In this document: one piece after another, positions 21,076 to 32,104 of the stretch
How the letters are laid out: each line of letters starts with the position of its first letter
Numbering within the stretch: the first letter of the stretch is position 1
Origin: Candidatus Sumerlaeia bacterium
GTDB taxonomy: Bacteria > Sumerlaeota > Sumerlaeia > SLMS01 > JANRJK01
Direction of reading: 5' to 3'
DNA: 64,000 nucleotides
NCBI GenBank assembly: GCA_033764015.1
Contig: JANRJK010000055.1
Location: 96,001-160,000 of the forward strand
The notes under the pieces: generated by a model
Databases searched by the model: none
Told to the model about the DNA's origin: nothing
Seen by the model: only the letters and a program-made list of their open reading frames with translations
Program-made: the position numbers and the translations under genes

Positions 21076-21831
21076 TCAGGACGCCAGATGCCCGGCGCCC
21101 GCGGGCGCCGCGCCGGTCTCGCCCTCCGCGAGCGCCTCGCGGACGCGCTCCGCGCCGCCCTCCTCGAGCCAGCGGAGCACCTCGCGCGGCGCCTGCAGCG
21201 TGCGGTTCAGCTCGAGCGCGCGCTCGAGGCTGCGCTTGGCCTCCTCGACGTCGCCGTTCTTCGCCTGGTAGATCCCGAGGTTCGAGTGGCTCTCGGCCTC
21301 GGACACGACGTTGCTCCACGCCGAAAGAGCGGCGTCGTAGTTGCGCTCCTCCGCCTCGAGGCGGGCGAGGTTCGACCACGCGAGGCGGTTCTTCGGATCG
21401 ATGAGGACCGCCTTGGTGTATTGTTCGCGGGCGCGGTCGACGCGTCCGAGCGACTGCTGGAAGAACCCGTAGTCGTTTTCCAAGTCCGCGTTGCGGGGTG
21501 TCTCCTTCAGCGCCTTCTGGAACTCCTCGTCGGTGGCCCGCTCGTCGCCGGTCTGGCCGTAGAGGATCATCAGCCGGTGGGAGATGCCGCGGAGCTTCGG
21601 GTTCGCCGCGCGCGCGGTTTCGTACTGCCGGATGGCGTCCTCGGTGAGGCCGTTGGCGTCGTACTCGCGGGCCGTGGCGAGGGACGCTTCGGCGAGCTGG
21701 CTCCCGTCGAGTTCGCTGACGATCAGGCGGTCGTTTCCGGTGCCGACGGTGGCGACGTCCTTCCGCCCGCAGGAGGCGAGGGCGAGGACGAGGGCCGCGG
21801 CGGCTACGGCGCGGGAAAGAGATGTGTGCAT
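21076..21831 (-). CDS. TPR-repeat lipoprotein
   Basis: Lipobox LASC; several TPR-type helix pairs (ENDYGFF, WSNLARL, HSNLGIY). Confidence 0.8.
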   Translation of the reverse strand: MHTSLSRAVAAAALVLALASCGRKDVATVGTGNDRLIVSELDGSQLAEASLATAREYDANGLTEDAIRQYETARAANPKLRGISHRLMILYGQTGDERATDEEFQKALKETPRNADLENDYGFFQQSLGRVDRAREQYTKAVLIDPKNRLAWSNLARLEAEERNYDAALSAWSNVVSEAESHSNLGIYQAKNGDVEEAKRSLERALELNRTLQAPREVLRWLEEGGAERVREALAEGETGAAPAGAGHLAS

Positions 21832-21926
21832 GGGGAGGCTCTCCGTGGCGGCGGGTCTGCGCGCAGGATGCGTGCGGGCGCGGCGGAACGCAAGCGCGGG
21901 GGTGTGGCTGGAGTGTTCGGAGGTTG

Positions 21927-22003
21927 TGGTACCGGAGGGGGGATTCGAACCCCCGACCTGCGGGTTATGAATCCGCCGCTCTCACCAACTGAGCTACCCC
22001 GGC
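21927..22003 (-). tRNA. tRNA with CAT anticodon (elongator Met, or Ile2)
   Basis: GCCGGGGTAGCTCAGTTGGTGAGAGCGGCGGATTCATAACCCGCAGGTCGGGGGTTCGAATCCCCCCTCCGGTACCA. Confidence 0.93.
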
Positions 22004-22009
22004 ACCGGG

Positions 22010-22042
22010 AAAAACAGCGCCCGTGTCGCAACGGGCGCTGTT
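22010..22042 (-). terminator. intrinsic terminator-like hairpin between the two tRNAs
   Basis: 12-bp perfect IR AACAGCGCCCGT/ACGGGCGCTGTT ending in TTTTT on the minus strand. Confidence 0.65.
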
Positions 22043-22053
22043 CTCGGAAAATC

Positions 22054-22129
<76 letters not shown>

Positions 22130-22212
22130 TCAGTCCTGCTCACGCAGGAGTCGAGGAGCTTCTCACAACGCGTAGGGCGGTCAAGCGCCATCTTCGCGAA
22201 ATCGACCGCGCG

Positions 22213-23007
22213 CTATTCCGCGGCCAGGCGCCCGGCGGCCCGCCGCAGGAAGAACCGAAGCAGCCACGCCTCCGCCGCGATCAGCGGCCCCCCGAAAGCC
22301 AGCATCATCGTGGCCACATCGCGGAGCGCGCTCTCACCGAGCGGCCATAAAAGCTGGGCGACGCTGTTCGACAGGTCCTCCCAGAGCAGCCAGGAGACCC
22401 CGAAGAGCGCCGCGAAGCCGAGCGCCTGAAGCGCGCCCAGCATCGCGCCCCGGTGCGCCAGCGCGCGCTCAAGCGCCACCGCGGCCATCATCGCCACGAA
22501 GAGCAAATCTTCCAGCACCGCCAGGACGGTGACGAAGAGGCCCCCCACCAGCGACTCGATCCGCGGGAACGGGCCGTCCACGAAGAGCTTGGCGTAGGAG
22601 TCGTAGAGCCCCCAGTACGCGTAGGCGCCGAGGAGCGCGTTCGCCGGCAGCAGGAACGCCAGCGGCCAGTAGAGCTTCGCGCGGACCACGTCCGCCGCGG
22701 TGAGCGCGGTCGTGCGCAGCTCCTGCCACTCGTGCTCCCACTCCGGGTGCGGCACCACCAGGCGCGTGGCGTAGATCGCGATGAAGAGGTCGGGGCGCAG
22801 CACGAAGCCCGCCATGGAGAGAGCCAGCAGCGCATTTCCCGGCAGCGGTGGCGGCCAGGCGAAGGCGGCCTCGAGCAGCCAGACCTTGAAGAACCAGTTC
22901 GCCGGCAGCCAGAGCAGCGCGAGCACCGCCAGGATCGCGGGCCCGCGCGCGCGCAGCCGCGCGCCCTCGCGGCGCCGTGCCGCGCGCCATGCCGGTGGCG
23001 CGGTCAG
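22213..23007 (-). CDS. multi-pass membrane protein (ABC-2 permease-like); start uncertain
   Basis: Several TM segments; [19 protein letters not shown] resembles the ABC-2 LxxTPLxxxxxxxGK motif; only a CTG overlapping the bioB stop is available as start. Confidence 0.6.
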   Translation of the reverse strand: MTAPPAWRAARRREGARLRARGPAILAVLALLWLPANWFFKVWLLEAAFAWPPPLPGNALLALSMAGFVLRPDLFIAIYATRLVVPHPEWEHEWQELRTTALTAADVVRAKLYWPLAFLLPANALLGAYAYWGLYDSYAKLFVDGPFPRIESLVGGLFVTVLAVLEDLLFVAMMAAVALERALAHRGAMLGALQALGFAALFGVSWLLWEDLSNSVAQLLWPLGESALRDVATMMLAFGGPLIAAEAWLLRFFLRRAAGRLAAE

Positions 23008-24128
23008 TGGCCGTTCCGGTGCCGCCCGCCGCCGCATCCGCCGCCGCCGTTGCAGCACCCGCCGCCACCCGAGCATCCGCCCGCGCCGTGGTGGTGGCCG
23101 TGCCCGTGCTCGTGGTCGTGGTGGTCGTGGTCGTGGTGATGGTGGCCGTGCGCGTCGTGGTGGTGCTGCCCGCCGGCGCGCTCCTCGTGCATGCCAAGCG
23201 CCGCCAGCAGCGCGCGGTCCCCGGCGCCGGGGTTCGGCGTGGTGAGCAGCTTCTCGCCGGTGAAGATCGAGTTGGCGCCGGCGAAGAACGCCATCGCCTG
23301 CAACTCGCGGCTCATTTCCATGCGCCCGGCGGAAAGCCGCACGCGGCTCTCCGGCATCAGGATCCGCGCGGTCGCGATGCAGCGGATCAGCTCGAGCGGG
23401 TCGATCTCGTCCACATGCTCCAGAGGCGTGCCCGGCACGCGCACCAGCATGTTGATGGGCACCGACTCCGGGTGCGGATCGAGCGACGCGAGCGCGTGCA
23501 GCATGCCGACGCGGTCCTCGCGCGACTCGCCCATGCCGATGATCCCGCCGGTGCAGACCTGCACGCCCGCCTCGCGCACGTAGGAGATCGTCCGCAGGCG
23601 GTCCTCGAAGGTGCGCGTGGTGATGATCTTGCCGTAATACTCCGGCGACGTGTCGATGTTGTGGTTGTAGGCGGTGAGCCCCGCCTCGGCCAGTCGCCGC
23701 GCCTGGTCCTGCGTCAGCAGTCCCAGCGTCACGCACGCCTCCATGCCGCGGGCGCGGATGCCGCGCACCATGTCGAGCACGCGCTCGAACTCCGCCTCGT
23801 TCCGCGGGCCGCGCCAGGCGGCGCCGAGGCACACGCGCGTCGAGCCGTTCGCCTTCGCCGCGTCCGCCGCGGCGAGCACCTCCTCGAGGCTCTCGAGGCC
23901 GTACTCCTCGATCCCCGTGTCGTTGTGCGCGCTCTGCGGGCAGTACTTGCAGTCCTCCGGGCAGCGTCCCGACTTGATGTTCTCCAGCGTGCAGAACTGC
24001 ACCGCCAGCGGATCGTGGTGCTCGCGGTGCACCAGCGCCGCCTGGATCAGCAGGTCCGGAAAGGGCTGGGTGAAGATCGCGCGCACTTCGTCGCGGGTGA
24101 TCTGGGGCAGGGCGGCGGTGGTGGACAT
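23004..24128 (-). CDS. bioB: biotin synthase with His/Cys/Gly-rich C-terminal tail
   Basis: [62 protein letters not shown]. Confidence 0.97.
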   Translation of the reverse strand: MSTTAALPQITRDEVRAIFTQPFPDLLIQAALVHREHHDPLAVQFCTLENIKSGRCPEDCKYCPQSAHNDTGIEEYGLESLEEVLAAADAAKANGSTRVCLGAAWRGPRNEAEFERVLDMVRGIRARGMEACVTLGLLTQDQARRLAEAGLTAYNHNIDTSPEYYGKIITTRTFEDRLRTISYVREAGVQVCTGGIIGMGESREDRVGMLHALASLDPHPESVPINMLVRVPGTPLEHVDEIDPLELIRCIATARILMPESRVRLSAGRMEMSRELQAMAFFAGANSIFTGEKLLTTPNPGAGDRALLAALGMHEERAGGQHHHDAHGHHHHDHDHHDHEHGHGHHHGAGGCSGGGGCCNGGGGCGGGRHRNGH

Positions 24129-24213
24129 CGTTGCTCCGTCGGGTGCTTCGGTTCGAGGCGGCAGGGTCGCCGCGGAGGTCGCTCGCGGCAAGGAAAAAGG
24201 ACTAAGGCGCGCG

Positions 24214-26238
24214 CTATTGACCGCTTTCCAGCCGGTCCAGATCCGCCACGAACAGCAGCTCGTCCCCGGCCACCCGCGCGCCCGCCAGCATGTTGACCAG
24301 TTCCTCGAAGCGGGCCCACTCCGCGTCGGTGAAGCGCGGACGGAAGTACGCCGCCGCGTACAGCCGCAGCTCCGCGAGGTTCACGAGGGCGTAACGGTAC
24401 CCCTCCCGGCGGATCGCCCAGACCACGGGCTGGTCGGTGCCCGCCTTGCGGATCAGCGCGAGGACCAGCGGCGTGTCGAACCAGTCGCTCGAAGCGGGCT
24501 TGTAGGACTCCGCGTAGGCGGCGCGGTGCTCGCCGATGTAGAGCACCGGGCGCGGGAACGAGTCGTCCGCGAGGAGCTGGTTCAACGTCTCGACCATCGG
24601 GAAGGCGTTGAAGGCGAGCGTGACCTGCTCGACGCGGTCCGCGAGCGCGCCCGCCGCCGCGTTCGGCGACGAGTTGCGGTAGAACCACTGGGCGCTCCAC
24701 AGCAGACCCGGCAGCGCCAGCCCCCACGCCACGGCCAGCGCGCGGCGCCGCTCCGGCAGCAGCGCCGCCAGCGCCGCGCCCCCCGCCGCCGCCAGCAGCA
24801 GCAGCACCGGCAGCAGGAAGCGGACGGACTGGTAGCCCGCGAACCACAGCAGCCACCCCGCCGCCGCGAGCGCCGCCACCGGGAGCGCGTCGCGCCGCCG
24901 CCCCCCGCGCCAAATCCACCACGCCAGCAGCGCCAGTAACGGAATCAGCGCCGGACCGGGATGGTGCGCCTCGAACCGGATCCAATGCACCGACACGTTC
25001 CATGGCGACTTCAGCAGCGCCGCGGCGCCGCGCCCCATGCCCTTCTCCGCCGCCTTCGCCGAGTAGAACTCCTGGTTCGCCGGGGTCCACTCTCCGCGCC
25101 CGATCCGGTCGCCCAGCGCCGGGTACACCGGGTTGCCGACGTTCACCATGTTGCGAACGAGGAAGGGCGATGCGGGCAGCACCGCGAGCACGCCTGCGGC
25201 GGCCAATCCCCCGGACCATGCGAGGTAACGTGGCGCGGGCGTCGCGCCTGCGTTCTCCGTGGTGGCTCCAGCCCACACCACCCGCGCCGCGCAAGCCAGC
25301 AACGCCATCGCGGCGAAGGGTCCAGCGCTCAGCTTGAACGCCACCGCGAGCCCCGCGAGCAGCCCGCACCACGCGAGCGCCGCGCGCGCGCGCTCCGGCT
25401 CCGCGTGCCACGCGACAGCGAGCGCCGCCACCAGCGCCGCCGCGGAGGCCACATCGCTGAAGGGCCACACCATGACGATCAGCAGCACGGGGACGCCGCC
25501 CGCCAGCGCCATCGCCGCCGCCCGCGCGGTCGCGTCGCCCCCCGACAGCGCCCGCGCCAGAGCCCCGAGGCACCAAACCCCGCAGACGCCGAACAGCCAG
25601 TGGAGCACGGGGTAGGCCGCATGGTTCGACATCGCCGGCGCCGCCAGCAGCGCGAGCTGCGCCGGCAGGTTCGTGAACGCGTTGTAGGGGAGGTACGAGA
25701 AGAAGCCCTCGCGCGCGAACAGCTCCGCCGCCACCAAGTGGTAGCGCAGGCCGTCGCTCTGCACCGGCGGCCCCAGCGCCGCGGGGAGCGCCACCAGCAG
25801 CGGCGCCAGCGCCAGCAGCGCCGCGCGCTCCGGCGGACCCGACACGCCCCGGCACGCGCAGCGCATCTGCATCGCCCCCGCCACCGCCAGCGGCGCCAGC
25901 ACCACCGGCAACAACAGGTGGTTGAACATCGGCACCTCCGCCGACGCGAACGCCAGCGGCCAACCGATCAGCGCCGCGCCGGCGAAAAGCCGCAGCGCCT
26001 CCGCCTCGCTCCGGCGGAACGCGGCGGGCAGGCGGACGAAGCGCTCGAACAAGCCGCCGACGCCCCGGCACGCGAGCGCGACGAACGCAGCCCAGCCCAC
26101 CGCCCGGCCCGCGCGCGACAACCCGCCCGCCACATCCCAGCCAGCCACCGCACCCGGCCGCCCCCACGCCATCCCCCAGCCCAGCCAGGCGATCACGAAC
26201 GCAGCGACGACAGCGATGATGGGAAAGGTTCGGGTCAT
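24214..26238 (-). CDS. multi-pass membrane protein, probable GT-C-type glycosyltransferase
   Basis: More than 10 TM helices; [19 protein letters not shown] and RFLLP motifs. Confidence 0.65.
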   Translation of the reverse strand: MTRTFPIIAVVAAFVIAWLGWGMAWGRPGAVAGWDVAGGLSRAGRAVGWAAFVALACRGVGGLFERFVRLPAAFRRSEAEALRLFAGAALIGWPLAFASAEVPMFNHLLLPVVLAPLAVAGAMQMRCACRGVSGPPERAALLALAPLLVALPAALGPPVQSDGLRYHLVAAELFAREGFFSYLPYNAFTNLPAQLALLAAPAMSNHAAYPVLHWLFGVCGVWCLGALARALSGGDATARAAAMALAGGVPVLLIVMVWPFSDVASAAALVAALAVAWHAEPERARAALAWCGLLAGLAVAFKLSAGPFAAMALLACAARVVWAGATTENAGATPAPRYLAWSGGLAAAGVLAVLPASPFLVRNMVNVGNPVYPALGDRIGRGEWTPANQEFYSAKAAEKGMGRGAAALLKSPWNVSVHWIRFEAHHPGPALIPLLALLAWWIWRGGRRRDALPVAALAAAGWLLWFAGYQSVRFLLPVLLLLAAAGGAALAALLPERRRALAVAWGLALPGLLWSAQWFYRNSSPNAAAGALADRVEQVTLAFNAFPMVETLNQLLADDSFPRPVLYIGEHRAAYAESYKPASSDWFDTPLVLALIRKAGTDQPVVWAIRREGYRYALVNLAELRLYAAAYFRPRFTDAEWARFEELVNMLAGARVAGDELLFVADLDRLESGQ

Positions 26239-26341
26239 GGAGGGCTCGGCGGGGAGGCGCTCAACCAACTGCTCTGCGAGCTTGAATCAACCGCCGCGCC
26301 GGTGGCAGGCAATCCGACCGTACGGACCGCGGGCGGGTCGA

Positions 26342-27472
26342 CTACGCGCTCACCAGCCCGCGCTTGCGCAGCTCCGCGTCCGCCTGCGCGACTTGGTCGC
26401 GCGCTTCCTGCGTCTCGCCCCAGGCGGCCAAGTCGCGGAGCCCCTGTTCCAAGCTGATCGCCGGCTCGAAGCCGAGCGCGCGCAGCCGCGAGGTGTCCGC
26501 GTAGCAGTGACGGATGTCGCCGTTGCGGTAGCGGCGCGTCACTTCCGGCTCGAGATCCGCGCGGCCGTACAGCTTCGCGATCGTGTAAGCGAGGTCGTAA
26601 ATCGTTGTGGGGCGTCCGGTGCCGATGTTGACCGGCTCGTGGTTCGCGCGGGGGTCTTCGAGCAGGTGGATCTTCGCGCGGACCAGGTCGCGGACGTCGA
26701 TGAAGTCGCGGCACTGGGCGCCGTCCTCGTAGATCAGCGGGCGGTTGCCGTTCTTCACGCGAGAACTGAAGATCGCCGCCGCGCCGGTGTACGGGTTCGA
26801 AAGGCTCTGCCGCGAACCGTACACGTTGAAGTAGCGCGCCGCCACGCACGGGATGCGGTACGCGCGCGCGAGGATCAGCGAGTACTCCTCCTGGTCCTTC
26901 TTCGACTGCGCATAGACCGACGTGCAGTAAAGCGGCTTCGATTCCGGCGTGGGGACCGGTTCGAGCGCCTCTCCGGTCTCCGGGTCGAGCGGGTCGAAGG
27001 CGCCGGCCTTGAGCTGCTCCTCCGTGCGGAGCGCGGGCGTGCGCAGCGCGCCGTCTGACGGGCGCCGGTAGAGGCCCTCGCCGTAGATGCTCATGCTCGA
27101 CGCCATCAGCAGGCGCTCGACCGACGTCTTCTCGTTCACCAGGATGTCGAGCAGCGTCGCGGTGCCGCCCACGTTGTGGTCGATGTAGCGCTGGATTTCG
27201 TACTGCGACTGGCCGACGCCGACCTGCGCCGCGTCGTGGACCACGGCGTCGATGCCCTCGAGCGCCTTCAGCAGCGCCGCGCGGTCGCGGACGTCGCCGC
27301 GGATGAACTCGGCCTCGCGGGTCAGGTAATCCGGCGGCGCGTCGACGGCGCCGTGCACTTGCGGCTCGAGGCAGTCGAACACGCGCACGCGGTAGCCGCG
27401 TTCGAGGAGCGCGTCGACCAGGTGCGATCCGATGAATCCGGCGCCGCCGGTGACGAGGACGTGCTTGAACAT
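26342..27472 (-). CDS. NAD-dependent nucleotide-sugar epimerase/dehydratase
   Basis: VTGGAGFIGSH, YAQSKK, RYFNVYG, RDFI, GDIRH. Confidence 0.92.
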   Translation of the reverse strand: MFKHVLVTGGAGFIGSHLVDALLERGYRVRVFDCLEPQVHGAVDAPPDYLTREAEFIRGDVRDRAALLKALEGIDAVVHDAAQVGVGQSQYEIQRYIDHNVGGTATLLDILVNEKTSVERLLMASSMSIYGEGLYRRPSDGALRTPALRTEEQLKAGAFDPLDPETGEALEPVPTPESKPLYCTSVYAQSKKDQEEYSLILARAYRIPCVAARYFNVYGSRQSLSNPYTGAAAIFSSRVKNGNRPLIYEDGAQCRDFIDVRDLVRAKIHLLEDPRANHEPVNIGTGRPTTIYDLAYTIAKLYGRADLEPEVTRRYRNGDIRHCYADTSRLRALGFEPAISLEQGLRDLAAWGETQEARDQVAQADAELRKRGLVSA

Positions 27473-27500
27473 GGGTGCTCCGGTCTGTTGTCGGCGGCCC

Positions 27501-28553
27501 TCAGCCGGCGCCCTGTGCGGCGACTTCGTGCTTCGTGATGTTGCCTTCCTGGATGCGCTCGGCGTGGTGGCAGCGGACCAGGTGCCCCGGGCGCAACTCG
27601 CGCATTTCGGGCGATTCGGCGATGCACTCGGGCGTCGAGAAGGGGCAGCGCGGGTGGAAGCGGCAGCCGCTCGGGTGCCGCGCCGGGCTCGGCACCGCGC
27701 CCTTGATCGGGTTCAGCCGCTGCTTGCCGTCCGCCTCCGTGGTGCGCGGGCGCGACGCCAGCAGCCCCAGCGTGTAGGGGTGCAGCGGCGCCTCGAACAA
27801 CTCGTCGGTCTCCGCGTACTCGACCACCTGCCCGGCGTACATCACGGCGACTTCGTCGCTGATCTCCGCGATCACGCCGAGGTCGTGCGTGATCATCATG
27901 ATCGAGGACCCGAAGTCCTCCTTCAGCTTCTGCATCAGGTCGAGGATCTGCGCCTGCACCGTCACGTCGAGCGCGGTCGTCGGCTCGTCCGCGATCAGGA
28001 GCTCCGGGTTGCAGGCGAGCGCCATGGCGATCACGACGCGCTGCCGCATGCCGCCGGAAAGCTGGTGCGGGTAGTCGTGCACGCGCTTCGCCGCGGCGGG
28101 GATGCGGACCAGCTCGAGCATCCGCACCGCCTCCTTGATCGACTGCGACTTGCCCATGCCCTGGTGCGTGCGGAACACCTCGCCGATCTGGTCGCCGATC
28201 GTGAAGACGGGGTTCAGCGACGTCATCGGCTCCTGGAAGATCATCGAGATCTGGTTGCCGCGGATGCGCCGCATCTCCTTCTGCGAGAGCTGCAGCAGGT
28301 CCTCGTCCTTGAACCAGATTTCCCCGGTTTCGATCTTGCCGGGGGGCATCGGGATCAGGCGCAGGATCGTGAGCGAGGTGACCGACTTGCCGCAGCCGGA
28401 CTCCCCGACGATCCCGAGCGTGCGCCGCCGGTGCACGGCGAAGGAGACGCCGTCGACCGCCTTCGACACCCCCGTGTCGCTGTAGAAGTAGGTGCGCAGG
28501 TTGTTCACCTGCAGCAGGGGTGCCTCGCCGTTGTCCTTGCCGTTCGCCGCCAT
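27501..28553 (-). CDS. oligopeptide/dipeptide ABC transporter ATP-binding subunit (OppD/DppD family)
   Basis: [46 protein letters not shown]. Confidence 0.93.
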   Translation of the reverse strand: MAANGKDNGEAPLLQVNNLRTYFYSDTGVSKAVDGVSFAVHRRRTLGIVGESGCGKSVTSLTILRLIPMPPGKIETGEIWFKDEDLLQLSQKEMRRIRGNQISMIFQEPMTSLNPVFTIGDQIGEVFRTHQGMGKSQSIKEAVRMLELVRIPAAAKRVHDYPHQLSGGMRQRVVIAMALACNPELLIADEPTTALDVTVQAQILDLMQKLKEDFGSSIMMITHDLGVIAEISDEVAVMYAGQVVEYAETDELFEAPLHPYTLGLLASRPRTTEADGKQRLNPIKGAVPSPARHPSGCRFHPRCPFSTPECIAESPEMRELRPGHLVRCHHAERIQEGNITKHEVAAQGAG

Positions 28554-28821
28554 CGCGTTCCGATCCGTGGGTCGCGTCAGATGAACCGCAACGGTGCGTG
28601 GCGCGGGCGCCACGGTCAAGCGCCGAAGGACGGGGGGGGTGCAGGCCCCGTTCAGGGCCGCGAAGCCGGGAGCAAAGAATCTCGAATGGAGGCGCCCCCC
28701 CGCTCAGAGCGTTATCGCCCCGCGTCCCGCCCGGGGACCCTCCTCCCGCTTTCCCTTTGTCGCGGTGCCTTCCCTCCGGGATAGTCCCACCGCATCCCAC
28801 CCGCGCAGGACGGAGACGCCG

Positions 28822-30279
28822 TTGGCCCGGACATCCCCCCTTCAGAAGCTCCGCGTGGACCGGCAGGAGGAGCTGCGCCTGCGCGGCCAGCCCTGGTACA
28901 TGGCCGCCGCGCGCTTTCTCATCGTGCTTGGCCGCCAGGTGGGGCTCAACCTCCTGCCCCAGCGCGCCGGCTCGCTGACCTACACGACGATCCTCTCGCT
29001 CTTCCCGCTCTTCCTGCTGCTGCTGGCGAGCGCCTCGTTCTTCTTCACGCCCGACCGCCAGGACGAGCTGGTCGACCAAGTGCAGACGTTCCTCTACCCG
29101 CGCGAGCAGGTGATCGCGGTCGGCCCCGGCGAGGCGGTCGACCAGGCGGCGGTGGAGGAGAACATGGCGAAGCTGCGCAGCTTCGTCCGCGACAGCTCGG
29201 AGAGCTTCCGCAGCAAGGCCGCGGGGCTCGGCGTCGCCGGCTTCGTGGCGATGCTCGCCGCCGCGTACGGCCTCTACAACGCCGTCGAGGGCGCCATGGA
29301 CGCGACCTGGCGCGGCGCCGGCGCGCGTTCGTTCAAGCGCACCTTCAGCACCTTCGCCACCCTGCTGCTGGTCGCGCCCGTCGCGATCGGCCTTTCGCTC
29401 ACGTTCACCGGCGTGGCGAGCGGCGCGAAGGCGTACCTCGCCAAGCAGGAGCAGGCCGCCGCCGCACCCGAAGCGGGGGCCGGCGCCGTCGCCGCCCTTC
29501 GGGACACCACCTGGCGCACGGTCGCCGTCGTGCTCGACAAGGTGGACTTCGTGGTGCCCGTCCTGCTGAACGGGTTGTTCTTCGCGATGGCCTACTTTTT
29601 CATCCCGACGGCGCGGGTGCGCTGGGGGGCGGCCTTCGCCGGCGGACTCTTCGCGGGCCTGCTATGGGAGGTGTCCAAGGCGGGCTTCGCCACCTACGTC
29701 TTCTCGAGCGCGCTCAACCGCGAGATCTTCGCCTCGCTCGGCGCGATCCCGATCTTCCTCATCTGGATCTACTTCTCTTGGGCGATCTTCCTGCTGGGGA
29801 ACGAGTTCGCCTACGTGGCGCAGCACTTCTACGCGCTGGCCGCGGACCATTTCCTCAAGCGCCCCGTGGTGCCCTACGACGCGCGGCTCCTCGTGGCGGC
29901 GCTGCTGGCGGTGCACCGCGAGTTCGGCGCCGGCCGCGGCGCCGCCAGCGGCAGCGCCATCGCCCGCATGCTGCGCCTCCGCCGCGGCGAGGTCGACGGC
30001 CTCTTCGCCGAGCTGGTCCGCACCGGATACATCGCGCAGCTCTCCGGCGACCGGCTGCTCCCCGAGATCCCCCCCGAAAAGGTGATGATCGCGGACGTGA
30101 TCCGGCTCGGCGAAGCGTCGAGTTCCATTGCGGCGCTGGAGGAAAAGGCGGGAGAAATCGTTCTGCCCGCGTTGAGGTCCTTGGAGCGCCGCCTCGCCAT
30201 CGCGATTCCGGACGGGGAGACGCTCGCCGACCTCATGCGGAGCCCGGCGTTGGAGGGCGAGGTGCATGGCTCAGCCTAG
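28822..30279 (+). CDS. YihY/BrkB-family membrane protein with C-terminal extension
   Basis: AGSLTYTTILSLFP; LWE.SK.GFA.YV; LGAIPIFLIWIYFSWAIFLLGNE; TTG start after GGAG. Confidence 0.88.
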   Translation: MARTSPLQKLRVDRQEELRLRGQPWYMAAARFLIVLGRQVGLNLLPQRAGSLTYTTILSLFPLFLLLLASASFFFTPDRQDELVDQVQTFLYPREQVIAVGPGEAVDQAAVEENMAKLRSFVRDSSESFRSKAAGLGVAGFVAMLAAAYGLYNAVEGAMDATWRGAGARSFKRTFSTFATLLLVAPVAIGLSLTFTGVASGAKAYLAKQEQAAAAPEAGAGAVAALRDTTWRTVAVVLDKVDFVVPVLLNGLFFAMAYFFIPTARVRWGAAFAGGLFAGLLWEVSKAGFATYVFSSALNREIFASLGAIPIFLIWIYFSWAIFLLGNEFAYVAQHFYALAADHFLKRPVVPYDARLLVAALLAVHREFGAGRGAASGSAIARMLRLRRGEVDGLFAELVRTGYIAQLSGDRLLPEIPPEKVMIADVIRLGEASSSIAALEEKAGEIVLPALRSLERRLAIAIPDGETLADLMRSPALEGEVHGSA

Positions 30280-30850
30280 CAAGGTCGAAGCGGCGGAACA
30301 GGTCCGGCAGATTGTGCGCGGACTCGGCAAGCTCCTCTCCTGGATCATCCCCATCGCCATCCTTGTGTGGCTCGTGACGTCCTTCGAAGGCACCAAGAGC
30401 CTGAAGAAGACCGACAAGCCCGAGGAGTTCGTCGCGAACTACGCCACCTTCACCTCCGTCTTCGCGTCCTCGCCGGACCGCGTGCCCTCGCCGATCGAGT
30501 ACCGCTCCTGGCTCGGCTTCTTCGACCGCGAGTCGCGCGAATTCTTCGAGGCGAACGCGTCGCGCATCGCCGCCCGCTTCAACCCCGAGGGCCAGGCCGC
30601 CATGGCCGGCCGAAGCGTCGAGGAAGTGCGCCTCGAGGCCATGCGCCTCGCGCTGCGGACCGCGCCGCTCAGCGGACGCTTCGCCGTCGCTCGCTCCGTC
30701 ACCGGCGACGACGGCCTCCACACGCTCACGCTCGCCGCGGGCCGACGGGAGTTCGAAGTCAAGATCCGCCGCGACGGCGAGCGGTGGGAGTTCCTCGACC
30801 TGATGGGCCAGCGCGAGGCGCTCGCCGGGCGCAGCGGCGAGGTCCAGTAG
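30266..30850 (+). CDS. hypothetical membrane-anchored protein
   Basis: GAGG SD, overlaps upstream gene, one TM helix, host-like codon usage. Confidence 0.75.
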   Translation: MAQPSKVEAAEQVRQIVRGLGKLLSWIIPIAILVWLVTSFEGTKSLKKTDKPEEFVANYATFTSVFASSPDRVPSPIEYRSWLGFFDRESREFFEANASRIAARFNPEGQAAMAGRSVEEVRLEAMRLALRTAPLSGRFAVARSVTGDDGLHTLTLAAGRREFEVKIRRDGERWEFLDLMGQREALAGRSGEVQ

Positions 30851-30858
30851 CCCCCACC

Positions 30859-32094
30859 ATGGCCGCCGCGCGCGCCGCCGCCGACACCGTGCTGACGGTC
30901 GCCGAGCTCACCGCGCGCATCCGCGGCGCACTCGAGGACCGCTTCCGCTCCGTCGAGGTCGAAGGCGAGATCACCGGCTGGACCGCCGCCGCCTCGGGCC
31001 ACGCCTACTTCACCATCAAGGACGAGGCCGCCGCGCTCTCCTGCGTCATGTGGCGCACCGCCCGCCAGTCGCTCGGCTTCGATCCGCGCGACGGTGACAT
31101 GGTGCGCTGCCGCGGCGCCGTCACGGTGTACGAGAAGCGCGGCGCCTACCAGTTGCAGGTCGCCCGCATGACGCGCGCCGGCGAGGGCGAGCTGATGCGC
31201 CGCTTCCTCGAGCTGAAGGCGCGCCTCGAGGCCGAGGGCCTTTTCGATCCCGCGCGCAAGCGCCCGCTGCCCCCGCTGCCGCGCGCGGTCGGCGTCGTCA
31301 CCTCGCCCACCGGCGCCGTGATCCACGACATCGCCAACGTCCTCCGCCGCCGCGCGCCCTGGCTTCCGGTCAAGCTCTGGCCCGCGCGCGTGCAAGGCCC
31401 CGGCGCCGCCGCCGAGATCGCGCGCGGCGTCGCGGCGCTCGGGCGCTCGGGGCTCGTCGACCTGCTCATCGTCGGGCGCGGCGGCGGATCGCTCGAAGAC
31501 CTCTGGGAGTTCAACAGCGAGGCGGTCGCCCGCGCATTGCGCGCCTGCCCCGTGCCCGTGGTGAGCGCCGTCGGCCACGAAACCGACTTCACCATCTGCG
31601 ATTTCGCCGCGGACCTGCGCGCGCCCACGCCGAGCGCCGCCGCCGAGGTCGTCTCCGAGGGCCACGCGGAACTCGGCGGCCGCGTGGGCCGCGCGCTCCG
31701 CACGCTCGACCGCGAGGTGCCCGGCCGCCTCGCGGAGCGCCGCCGCCGCGTGGAGGCCCACCTCGCCAGCCACGCGCTCCGCCGCCCCGAGACCATGCTG
31801 CGCGAGCGGCAGCAGCGCGCGGACCTCGCGCTGCGCGCGCTCGGGCAGGCGGTGGACGGCCGCCTCGAGGCCGCCCGCCGCCGCGCCGTCTCCGCCCAGG
31901 GCGCGCTCGCGGGCCACAACCCGGAACTCGTCCTCGCCCGCGGCTGGAGCATCGTCCGCCGCGCGCGCGACGGCTCCATCGTCGATTCCCCCGCCCGCGT
32001 CCGAGAGGGCGAGCTGCTCCGCGTCGAAACCAAGGGGGGCGAGTTCGACGCCCGCCGCGCCGCGGAGAACAGCCAGCCCGGGCTGTTCGACTAG
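30859..32094 (+). CDS. xseA: exodeoxyribonuclease VII large subunit
   Basis: VEGEI, SGHAYFTIKD, VGVVTSPTGAVIHD, GRGGGSLEDLW.FN, SAVGHETD, RAPTPSAAAE. Confidence 0.97.
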   Translation: MAAARAAADTVLTVAELTARIRGALEDRFRSVEVEGEITGWTAAASGHAYFTIKDEAAALSCVMWRTARQSLGFDPRDGDMVRCRGAVTVYEKRGAYQLQVARMTRAGEGELMRRFLELKARLEAEGLFDPARKRPLPPLPRAVGVVTSPTGAVIHDIANVLRRRAPWLPVKLWPARVQGPGAAAEIARGVAALGRSGLVDLLIVGRGGGSLEDLWEFNSEAVARALRACPVPVVSAVGHETDFTICDFAADLRAPTPSAAAEVVSEGHAELGGRVGRALRTLDREVPGRLAERRRRVEAHLASHALRRPETMLRERQQRADLALRALGQAVDGRLEAARRRAVSAQGALAGHNPELVLARGWSIVRRARDGSIVDSPARVREGELLRVETKGGEFDARRAAENSQPGLFD

Positions 32095-32104
32095 GCGCCC
32101 GCCG

